A stretch of 63,430 bases of DNA, counting the filler, from Dicyema japonicum (Eukaryota; Animalia; Dicyemida): the NCBI GenBank assembly GCA_011109175.1. It is 4 parts of 4 records of this genome, joined end to end, with 100 filler letters (N's around TTAATTAATTAA, not from the genome) between each part and the next. Parts side by side here need not be neighbours in the genome. Positions count along the whole stretch, not along the records: positions 23,984 to 49,728 come from RDEW01000133.1; 3 more parts are not named here. One strand, 5' to 3'. Positions 37,993-49,828 of this stretch are shown here, in pieces. A program made the position numbers and the translations under genes. The notes under the pieces are model-generated. The model worked only from the letters and a program-made list of their open reading frames with translations. It had not been told where the DNA came from and ran no database searches. The stretch's first letter is position 1, and each line of letters starts with the position of its first letter.

Positions 37993-40144
37993 CAGAGGTT
38001 GTCAAACGGTTTGCCGCGGCACACTAAGTGTGCCGCGAGACAATTTCTAGTGTGCCGCCTGCCAAATACAAATTTGAATAAATTTATATACATTTTTGAC
38101 CTAATTAATTTAAAAAGATAAATAAATTAAAATAATCATTTTTTATTATATATTAAATGACATTTACATTGGTTAACCATTATTTAATAATTTTTTAATA
38201 ACGTGCGCATCAACGTGGTTAGTAAATCAGTCGTTCTTATAGATTCTTATTTGTCTTTTGGATTTATATGCATAGATAAAAATAAACTACCTCAATGTCT
38301 AATTTGCATAAAGTCTAAAATGATGGTTCCTAGCAAACTAAGAGACATTTTACTAGCATCCGGACTATTCCGAAAATCTGTGGATTATTTAAAAAAACAC
38401 AGTAAAAATATATTAGTCTTTTACTATGAATCGTAGATCTAGTCAGTGAAACTTTTGTAAACACAAAGGAATCATTGAAATGTTCATACCTGATCTCAGA
38501 ATTGATAGCAAAACAACTAAAACCTCAAACTATTGGCGAAAACTTGATAATCCCTGCTTGTCGTATTATTGCTCGGACAATGTTTGGTCATAAATATGAA
38601 CAAAAAATAATGAAGATACCTTTGTCAGATAACACTGTTTCTCGTCGGATAATATTGAAAATACTGTCTCATTTTCGATTAAAGAAACTCGGTTTTCATT
38701 ACAACTTGATGAATCCACGGATATTTCGGGAATGTCACATTGGCATATATACGATTTGTTTATTCTGGGAAAATTACTTAACAATTCTTGTTTTGTAAGC
38801 CTCTTTTAACTACTACTCGAGCAATTGATATGTTCACGATATTAAACGATTATTTCAATATCAATAATATTTCATTTCCCAATTGTATTGGTATATGTAC
38901 AGATGGAGCCCGTCTATGTCTGGTCGTATTAATAAACTTGTTTCATTAGTCAAATCTAAAAATAACGAGATAATATCATCACATTGTTTTTTGCATCGAG
39001 AAGCATTGGTTGTAAAAACATTACCTATGAATTTAAAATCTGTCTTGGATGATATTATCCGAATGATTAATAATATAAAGAGTCGACCCAAAAAATCTCG
39101 CATTTTTACTACTATTTGCGATGAAATGGGGGAAAACTTTACAAATTTGTTACTTCATATCGAAATTCGATGGCTATCAAGGGTAAAGCATTAACGAGGG
39201 TTTTTGAATTAAAGACGAAATGTGTGAGTTTTTTAAATTGGAAGGGAATTCTGAATTTGTTGAAAAAATTCAGAATCCAATGTGGTCTATCAAACTTGCG
39301 TATTTATCTGACATTTTACAAATATTAAACGAGGTTAATGCAAGTATGCAAGGACGTTCTGAGACTATTTTATCGTCGACGGACAAATTAAATTCTTTGA
39401 AAATGAAAATCAGTTTTTGGAGAAAAAGGGTTTTAGATGACGATTATACTATGTTTCCTAATACGAATGGTTTATTTTATATTTTGATTATAATAAGGAT
39501 ATAATGATGATTCGATACAGGGACTAATTAATGAACATTTAATAATTTTGGAAAACAAAATGGATGCTTATTTTCCAGACTTAGAAATTCAAAAATTCGA
39601 TTGGGTTATTATTTTTTAAATATTTTTAGATACGAAATCCTTTTCTTGTGCCAGAATCAAAAAACTTATCTGTTAAAGAAAATGAAGAACTTATTGCGCT
39701 ATTTAATGATCGACTCTTAAGATACATCTTCAGCAATAATGATGACGGAGTTAGACATTGGAGAATTCTGGATATATATTCGAAACATATATCCCAGTTT
39801 ATCAAAACAAGCACTGACCATAATTTTACAGTTTTCAACGACCTATTTATTCGAAACAGGTTTTTCTACGCTGCATAATATGAAATATAACAAACGCGAA
39901 AGTTTGAGAAACATTGATGCTGAAATGCGGGTGGCTTTGTCAACCATTCGACTTGATATTGATGATATATGCAAAAACAATAATAATTAAGATTTTATTT
40001 TTATTATTAATAAAAATTTGGGCATTAAATTACCAATTTTTGTATTTAGTTTTACACATCTTAAAAATTTAATTTTTTAATGTGTGCCGTGGATTATTTT
40101 TTTACGATTAGTGTGCCGCGGGAATTATTTTTTGAAAAGCTCTG
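37993..40144 (+). mobile_element. hAT transposon, copy 2
   Basis: Same TIRs and TSD TTGTAGAG (37985-37992 and 40145-40152). Confidence 0.92.
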
Positions 40145-43100
40145 TTGTAGAGGGTCCCGACACCTGGCGGATAAATTCCTCCACAGTTCCAAAGGAAGGC
40201 TTTTACAAAATTGATCTTCTTTGCACAGGTTGATATGATGGATTCCACATGGGCTGAGAAGCAGAGGAAAGTATCAAAAGTTACTCCCAGTATCTTATTT
40301 CTTTTGTGGTATAGGCACTCCATTTAACGTGACATCAATTGTTTGTGTTCCCATCTTTCTATTCTTAGTGAATAGAGTGACTGCTGAATTTCCGTAACAT
40401 GCATTTAATCTATTTTCGCACAACCATCCATATATGTTATTTAGTGTTCCTTGTAGTCTTTCTTTAGCATGACATTTACGTCCCTACTATGTCATCAGCA
40501 TAGGAAAGTACATGTCATTATTGTTCATAGGAACGGGGAGATCATTCAGAAACAAATTAAAAAGGATTGGAGATAAAATGTATGATTAGAAAAACCCAAA
40601 TAGTTATAATAATTATTTATTCCTTTTATTACTAAATTTATTAGGTTTCTCTTTAATATATGGAATTGTCGATGCATTAGAGTACACATAAGTGTAATCA
40701 TCAGTGTCTACAAATCATCATTAAGATACCATATATATTATTTTTACTTCCAAAGACATCATCAAAGGCACCATATACATTATGCTTACTTTCATCTTCA
40801 GGAGAGAATGACCTACATCCTCTTTACTTTTTTTATTGTCTTTTCCAAAGACATCATCAAAGGCACCATATACATTTTGCTTACTTTCATATTCCGTAGG
40901 AGAATAATGTACTTTTTTACTTTTCTTGTTGCTTTTAGAAATCAACACAGAGAGCTTGACTCACAACTCAAAACAACCTTATCTTCCATTGAATTCAAAT
41001 GAGTTTTTAGTCTTTCAATGTTTTTTTCATTTTTTGTAGTTGTTGTAATCAGTTCATTTATTTTCAATATATATTTGTTGAATATATCCTTTGAAATTAA
41101 CAAAGTGTTAGATACTTGGAAATTTTGGGATTCCATTGTTTCCTTAATCTTCTTGACATCATTTACTAAGCTTTTTTGATCTTTTTTCAATTCCTCTTTA
41201 ATTTTAGTGCTATTATTTTCAATTTCGGTTTTAATGATTTCAATCATTTTTTCATTATTCTATAAATTATTTTTTAATTTAAATAATATTAAATTGTTTA
41301 TAATACCGTTTCGATTGATGCGTCTGCACGTGTGTCAATGTTTTTGATTTTCTTCCTTAAAAGTTCATCTTTTTTGCATATTATTTCAGAAAGCGTATTT
41401 AAAGCGATTTTAGTTTTAGCTTTATCACGTGCTCTAACAATTATTTACAGGTTATAAACTTTGAACTCTCAATTTCCTGTAGTGACTTTCTGAGAGATCT
41501 GATCTCAGATCTTATTGCTGCATTTTCCTTATTTATAATTGAGCCCACCATCTCCCTTTCTGATATCTTAAATTTATTAAAACTCATACTTCTATTTTTT
41601 CATCAATTCTCTGTATAACATTATAGATCTCTGACTTTATAAGTGCATGTATCACATCGAACAAGTGTGAATCTGGATTAAACTCGGATTTTACTTCTTC
41701 AATTTGAAAATTAATTGTCGTAAAATAAAATTAAATAAAACTTTTTTTATTTTTTCCTCAAATGAATTTAATTTTTTATTTAAATTAGTTTCATTTTGGT
41801 CTAGTTGTTTTTTGAGGTCCTCGACTTGGTTGTCGAGAATATTAAGTAGATCCCTTGAATGCTCTTTCTGGAACTTTTTTAGATTTTCTATCTTCAATTG
41901 ACTGTTTTGTTGATTGCTCTTGAGTTCTTTAAGCAAATTTAAATTCTCATTTTCTCTAATTTTACGTGAAAATAAAACTTTTCCCTTATAAGCGATATTA
42001 TGTTACCCAGTTCGTTGTCGTGAACTTGAATGGCTTCTCTCAAAGTCTTCATTGCACTCCAAATTTGTGTGTTCCTGTGGATTACTCAATAAATGTACAT
42101 TTTATTTTCTTTATCAATATTTATGGCATTATTGCTGTCAATATTTTGCAAATTCTCGCTAATGTTCTCAATCTTGTGGTTCTTTAATAAAAATATAATA
42201 CGCACGTTTTTCGTGACAGCGTTCATTATTTTTTTGGTTTCTTCGTTTTTATTTGCTGAAAATTCATAAAATTTATTTTCCAGGTCCTCGAATGAGTTTT
42301 TAAGTTCGATGGAATTATTGGTGAGTTTTTCTATTATATGTTTGTATTGGTCATTGGATCTGTTGTGATTACTTATTTACCTTATTTGATTGTAATCTCT
42401 GGGATTATTCATTGCACTTTACTTTTAATTTATATTTTATATTAAATTCATGATTCATTAATTTTAGCATAACTACATTTACGGTTCACTTAACCAATTG
42501 TCATACTTTATGTTGGTTTATTAAGACGACCGTCTCCTAATCATTGAGGTTGTTATTGACGAATCTGAACTTATGGATCAGTGCTTTTAAATGTTTAATT
42601 TACTTTTGACAAGGTTGAGTTAATGTTCTAATAATTACCGAAATTCAATCGATTATTCAATTTCAATCCATTTTAACAAATTTAATGATTACGGCGTAGT
42701 GTTATGAGTGACCGACAGGATTCAAATGCTTCCCTGGTAGAATCTCGCTGCTGTCCATTTTGCTAAAGATTTCATGTATTTACGATGCTTCCGACTTGAC
42801 GAGTGACGCCGCCATTAGTACCTCACTGCAATTGGGTTGTCTAAGGAAATCAAAAGAAAAAAAGTTAATAACATCACTAATGTTTTTACCCCCATTTGCG
42901 ATTAATTAGCATAACTGCTCTTCTGTTTTTAAATAAAGTGTGTGTCCTCCCCAAATGAAGGTTTAGTAGTGGAAGCAATAATACGCCTCTACGAAAGGGC
43001 TATTATTATAATTAGGGAAGTAAAACTAATCACTCATTTATAAATTCAAATAACTACCAAACATTCTTACTCATAGACGAAATTACAAGACTGAAGAAAT

Positions 43101-46100
43101 GTGATCAAATCTCATCAAGAAATTATAAAAAGATTGTTAGAGACAGGGACTGACGTTTCCAGAAATCCAAAAAGTTGATCCCAAGCGGAAGAAAAAACAT
43201 AACCAAATATAATAATAATTAATACGATTAATCAGCCGGGATGCCGTAGTGTCATAAGTGTCATGCAAAGTCATGGAGGCATGCCCGGTATCGAATTACG
43301 ATGAGTTAATTGACTGTTCTTCACTAAAATTACGTTTTCCTGCCTATGCGATGAATATAATGGTTATTGTGATTAAATAATTATAATTCCACATAGAACA
43401 GTAACTAAAAACTTTAATATTTGTTAATGGATTAGTGAAACATCACTTATTTAATGGTTTGTTGTGAAATGGCTAATTTAAGTGAATGTGTGTCAAATTG
43501 TAGAACATTAAACCTATTATAAAGTGGTAGTTCTGTTTTCGACAGGCAAATTGGACAAATAATAGTAGATGGCTCCGCAGTTCCTTTTCGTCAAGTGGGC
43601 ACCCAAGAAAGTATGTCCGCTCCCTGGGTACGACAGTAATTCCAGGTAGTACCAAGTTGAAAGACTCGACCACGTTGATAAAATCACTCTCCGAGTATGT
43701 GATACTTATTAGTTCCGATTTCTTTATATTTAACTCAAGTTCGAGGTTTCGTAGTGCTGGCACAGCATGTGACAAAACATCATGGACTTTTCTCCACGGT
43801 TCTCCAATTGTGGCGTCATCAAGATACCAGAGGATTAGTTGTGTGTTTATAGGCTGACAATTTCATCGATGGCCAGAGTAAAGAAAAGTGGACCAAGTGG
43901 GTCCCCTTGTTGGACTCCAGTCTCCGAACAGATAATACTGTCTCCGAAAACCAGTGAAGAATTGGTTCCGTAAGCGATGTAGACAAGTTGAATAAGTTCC
44001 GGGCTCACTTGCTTGTAGTTTCGAAAATTTGATCCCTTCTCAGTGAATTGAAGGCATTGCAGATTTATGTAAATTTATTAGGGAAGCCATTAATAAAAAT
44101 TCCAAGAAATGCTTGTTCGCAGTAAAAAATTCCAAGAAACCAATAAATTATATAAATACCCAATTTCAGTAAAACTCAAATGTTCTGGTTTTTATTAATT
44201 GTGTTAGGAATAATAGAGATTTGTATTACATTTTATAATAATAGCACTACAACAATACACACCATACCCTGTGAGAGTGAAATTTGATAATTTCCCAGTA
44301 ATTTACTTTATTAACAATTAGGAAGACGAGATAGATTTTGTCATACCGGTCAAAATGTGTCATTAATGCTTAGGCATTAGGAGAAGTTATGACTATAACC
44401 GAAGAGAATATTAATCCTGAACTTAGCATAACAATAAGGTAATACAACAATTAATTCTTTTAGTCGTGGTCAAGAAAATTGTGATTACAGAGATAGTATT
44501 TTAACGGTAACAGTGCTACCAGATGCTGAAGTATAGATAATTTATATTAATAGATCTTGACTGGAAAAATATTAAAATGTCTGTTAAAAAATATTTTGCG
44601 AGGAAAAGAAGTAATAGACCCTCAATCCCGAGATTTTGATATACTACAGGACGAAAGTGGATGGTTAATAATGTAATATTATTTTAGTGCAAGAATATTA
44701 TCCGATGATCAAGTTTTATTCCTTCAAGAGATAAACAAAGCAAATTTTTTGAATAGAATTGGAGGTTAATAAATTTTTAATATTAGAACAACCTACTGTT
44801 ACGACCACCAGTACAACCATTACTCCTATACCTCCTGATGATGACATGGACACAGATGAGCTAGAAGAGATCATTGAATATTCTGAAAAATTAACCACCA
44901 AAGATCGCAGTAATATTGGAATAAATTGTATAATTATAATATATTCAGCATTCAATATTATTCATTTCCTGAATGCTCTAATTATTATTGGAGTTATCAT
45001 TCAATTAGATTATTAATAATTTGATTGGATTGGGTTCTCTAAATAAAAAGATTTATTAAAATAATTTTTGACTAAAACTAAAGGTTTACAATCATTGAAT
45101 AGGTCCGATGATGTGCATGGAATTGCGTTCTCAATGGGTCAGCTTTTTTCTCTTCTATCCTTTTTCTTTTTCTTGATCTGTTTATCAGGGTCAGAGACAT
45201 GCTTCTTATGATTCCTGCCGTTTCCATGGTGAATGGTTCAAAAATGAACGTTCCATCGTTACATTCGAAATTCTTCATCTTTAGGGTATCTGTCTTTTCC
45301 GAGGCTGAGTCTGTGTTAGATGTCCAAATAGGATATCCGAGAATCCAAACAAGTGGCGTATCTACCACTTTCTTATGGGAAGAAATTTGTTTCTTGATAC
45401 TTTTGTTGGCTGAGGAAGTCCGATAGGCTCCAACTTGACACGAAATCTAGTCCTCCACCAATAACTCAGATGATTTAACTGCTTCTCGGAATCCTCTAAC
45501 GACTCTTCCTGCAAAAGAGAGAGTGAATACTTTTATCGTCGACATTCTTCCACATCTACAGCTATTGATCACACAAACATCTATTTCGAGGCGGAAGCAA
45601 ACCACAATTCTTGTGGCTTCGTCATCAAGTGTCCCAAATGAGTTGCATGAGAATGATGTGAGTCCTGCAACACTTCGGTTCGTCGATGTAGAAACAGACG
45701 TGCCAAGTTATATCTCATCAATAGTCTTTGAGCATAAAAGTTTGTCCCAGTGAAGTTGTTTCGTAGAGTTCTTTAGGAATCCCACACATAGAAGCATCCA
45801 GCATTCTTAAGTTGCCCATGTCACTAGTTCAGAGACCAGTTCGCAAGGCTGTAATTAATTATCACCTCGTTTTGATTTCCAAAAATATTTTGGTCACTCC
45901 TGGTGTCATATTTCACAGACCAGTCAAATAAGNNNNNNNNNNNNNNNNNNNNNNNNNNNNNNNNNNNNNNNNNNNNNNNNNNNNNNNNNNNNNNNNNNNN
46001 NNNNNNNNNNNNNNNNNNNNNNNNNNNNNNNNNNNNNNNNNNNNNNNNNNNNNNNNNNNNNNNNNNNNNNNNNNNNNNNNNNNNNNNNNNNNNNNNNNNN

Positions 46101-46701
46101 NNNNNNNNNNNNNNNNNNNNNNNNNNNNNNNNNNNNNNNNNNNNNNNNNNNNNNNNNNNNNNNNNNNNNNNNNNNNNNNNNNNNNNNNNNNNNNNNNNNN
46201 NNNNNNNNNNNNNNNNNNNNNNNNNNNNNNNNNNNNNNNNNNNNNNNNNNNNNNNNNNNNNNNNNNNNNNNNNNNNNNNNNNNNNNNNNNNNNNNNNNNN
46301 NNNNNNNNNNNNNNNNNNNNNNNNNNNNNNNNNNNNNNNNNNNNNNNNNNNNNNNNNNNNNNNNNNNNNNNNNNNNNNNNNNNNNNNNNNNNNNNNNNNN
46401 NNNNNNNNNNNNNNNNNNNNNNNNNNNNNNNNNNNNNNNNNNNNNNNNNNNNNNNNNNNNNNNNNNNNNNNNNNNNNNNNNNNNNNNNNNNNNNNNNNNN
46501 NNNNNNNNNNNNNNNNNNNNNNNNNNNNNNNNNNNNNNNNNNNNNNNNNNNNNNNNNNNNNNNNNNNNNNNNNNNNNNNNNNNNNNNNNNNNNNNNNNNN
46601 NNNNNNNNNNNNNNNNNNNNNNNNNNNNNNNNNNNNNNNNNNNNNNNNNNNNNNNNNNNNNNNNNNNNNNNNNNNNNNNNNNNNNNNNNNNNNNNNNNNN
46701 N

Positions 46702-46854
46702 TGACATCAATATTTTGCGTTCCCATCTTCCTATCCTTAGTGAATAGTGTGACTGCTGACTTTCCAGAACATGCATTTAGTCGATTTTCGCACAACCATC
46801 CATATATGTTATTTAGTTCCTTGTAGTCTTCTTTAGCATGACATTTACGTCCCT
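46702..46854 (-). mobile_element. 5'-truncated LINE RT fragment (family of 29260-29690)
   Basis: CENRLNACSGKSAVTLFTKD. Similarity to the other copies stops just after the YADD position. Confidence 0.8.
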
Positions 46855-49728
46855 CAACTCCTTAACAGGGAAACTTGCACGTCTAACAAATCTACCCCCG
46901 ATCTTATCCCCCCAATGCTTGACCACGTCGCAATCAAAAATAACGGATCCGGCTTCATCGGTCTGTGTGATCAAGAAACAAGTCGTTTCTTCCATTCAAG
47001 GCTAGAGCCTCAAAAACACGAAATTTGGGGAAAAAACCCACCCCTCTTCAAACTCTAATGAAAGAAGATCGTCGTCTATTCAGGAAAGCCGTGGGTACTC
47101 TGGAGGAACATAGGAAAAACCTTCTCGATCCTGTTGAGGCGTACTTCCCTGCAATAGTAGTGCACTCTTCAACTGCGATAGTAGATTTTACTCCATCTCA
47201 GTTATTAAGGATTGGGGATTTCAGAAAATTAAAAAGGATTTCTCTCTAAAATTCCCTTATCCTTTGCTTTCAATCACTTTTTCTTGGTAGATTCGATCTT
47301 TATGGCTAAATTGGACCTTCACGAGTTGCATGTGTATGACATGGATGGCTTCTAGACAGTTTACATTTTCAATCTTCAGTAATTAAGAGAGAGTTCTCAG
47401 TTACACTGGTCTTCTCTATCATTTCTCTACCACATTTTCAACATGTGGGTTGAAACACGTGTGCATGTCAAAGATCATCCCTGGGATCTACTGCTGAAAA
47501 GATAATGATGCATATTTGCCTTTAATTATACTGTTTGTCTTCTCAAATTTCTTGCCCAAAGTATGTATTATTTCACACGTGGTAAAACAGAAATGACTCC
47601 TAATCAACATGAAGTACCGGTCTTTCGTGTATTTGATAACTCTTGAGTCGTCATTTAGTCCCTTCACATTGAAAGATCGAAAAGAGTGACATGAAGGTCC
47701 TCTTTGGAGTGGAGAATTGGACAACCCACACGTAGACCTTAAATCATCATCGACATGACTAAAATATGGTGACAACTCACCTCGATTGTACACGTACATG
47801 CAAGAGCTGCAGTAGAGAACACCAAGGTTCAGATCAAGGTAGACAGTGTTCTGAATAATATATTGCTGTCTTCCGAATTTTGATCTTGTGGAGAGATGAA
47901 TCACTATTTCATCAGATTTCTATTTTTGGGCAGATCTGATCGGTCTTCCATTTTAAACAAAAGACAAGTCTGCTTATAACTTTTTAGTTCGACTCTTTAA
48001 TAGTGTCGTGTTCTCCTTAAATAGGCTCTATCAGTTCTCCCGGTCAAAATGGATGTACCCTTTCCAAGCATCACGTTCTTTTCAAGGATCCACCATTATG
48101 GAAATCCCGGAGTGAGAAAAAAGGGATCATTTTTTAATACCGGTCAGGCAAGAGCGTCTCCTTAGGTGTATTCAGTGATGCCACTAGGAAATTCGACCCG
48201 CGTAGCACTACCCTATCTGGTCACCCTTCTTTATTCTAACAAACACTTAAGGCTTTTTTGGATTCACAGCTATCAGGTCTTCAAATATAAAAATTTTTGC
48301 GAAACTGTCAATCATTTTGACTTTTTTTAATATAGCAAATTTATTTTGTATAGAGAGCAACTAAAGCATTTTAGCTAAGAGGCAAGGATTGAGTGAGCGT
48401 TCCCTCTGATCATCGCTACAAGAATGTGTTTGCTTGATTTTCATAGACTATAGTCAAATTTTCGTTATTTGGCGGCATTTTTAAGGTGCTATGTCAAGTT
48501 TTTGGAGTTATGAGTCATTTAGTTTAGGATGACTTACTAGTCTGGTTGCTTATAGGCAAACTCATTGATTATAGTTAAACTAATGCTAGGAGCGCTGTTC
48601 GATTTGCTCATTGCCTGCTAGCTCCCTATTTCTCGTATTAAGTCAAAATATTGACCTCTTCTAACTTGGGATCGGCCCTCGTGCTTCCTAATCTGAAATT
48701 GATAACCAAAATCCCACCTAACATATCAAAATTTCTCTATGGTCTCCAACCCGGTCAGAGGTAGTTAAGTAGCGTGAATTTCAGTTCTTCGTGTTAATAG
48801 TGAGGCATCATGAGAAAGCACCCAATTCCAAGACAAAAACAAATCATTTGACTTTTTCCAATCTTACTAGATCATTTCTTGAGAAGATTCTCACGAAAGT
48901 TATCTATTGGACGTTCGTAACAACTTTGTGATGTATCTGAATGGCTGTGTCGACATTGAGAAGCGGTCTCGCTTTCTTGGCTTACTATTTCCTTGGAACC
49001 AACCTTTCAAGGGAACTATCATATTGTTAATGAAGTCAGAGTTAAAGTTCCTCATGGAAAGTTGTGATAATCGGTGATGTTGAATTGATTGACAGTTTCT
49101 GAACCAACCGGTGATCCACAAGCAGACAACCTAGTCCGTCGGATCGGTTCAATGATCTAAAAGGTCACCAGGATCTAAGCAAGACTGTTTTCTCATTTTA
49201 TTAGAATTCTATTTAAAAATAGGTTAGGCAGAACAAAAAAATCATCCAAAATCAAAATCATTTAGCTATTTCTCGATGTATTCCTTCAATACGTTCTACA
49301 TTTTCAGCTTAAAGTACGTCATCTCTTTCAACTAGGCAGTATTTCTCATAATCAAGTCCATCTTATAGTGGATACAGGAGAATATAAAAATTGGTGTTTG
49401 TACGCAACCTTAAAATCACTACATAAAAATATAGAAAGGTATTTTTGTAGATATATGAGTCGTATTATTGTAATCAAAGACAATGTCTTTGGCTTACGTA
49501 CAGTACTTTCCGAGACAACCTCTAGACGAGGATGCCGAAGACATAAATATCCCATTAAGATCAATGGGGATCCGACGTCCGACGTAAAAACATTTTGGAA
49601 GAGCGTTACAATTTCTTCTGCTCCTCTATTTTCAGCCAACTTAACCAAAACATATTTTGAGAGTCCACAACAACCAAAATCTAAGCTTTAATATCAGTAA
49701 ACATACCCATCATTCATTTCTGAGTATT
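46855..49728 (-). pseudogene. Endogenous viral element: degraded L (RdRp) gene of a Mononegavirales-like negative-strand RNA virus
   Basis: Colinear degenerate L motifs on the minus strand: (G)HP ~49530, LDPGDLLD ~49165, HRLVQKL ~49100, LVP(KE.E)AKKARPFSM ~48980, SWN ~48830, LGG-x11-R-A-DP ~48700, L...NP..P ~48260, RDAWK ~48070, RGELSPYF ~47775, EIIHTL ~47565 and LSFQ ~47500. No introns seen. Confidence 0.7.
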
Positions 49729-49828
49729 NNNNNNNNNNNNNNNNNNNNNNNNNNNNNNNNNNNNNNNNNNNNTTAATTAATTAANNNNNNNNNNNNNNNN
49801 NNNNNNNNNNNNNNNNNNNNNNNNNNNN

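Larger units (their letters stand above)
25764..45932 (+). repeat. ~9.2 kb direct duplication (25764 to ~35021 and 36722-45932)
   Basis: Colinear near-identity from GCGAATTCTCTG onward, with scattered substitutions and indels. Copy 2 ends at an N gap. Confidence 0.92.

Noticed and set aside
45824-46826. Long ORFs of 287-323 aa in the ORF track
   Set aside because: They are artefacts of translating through an N gap.
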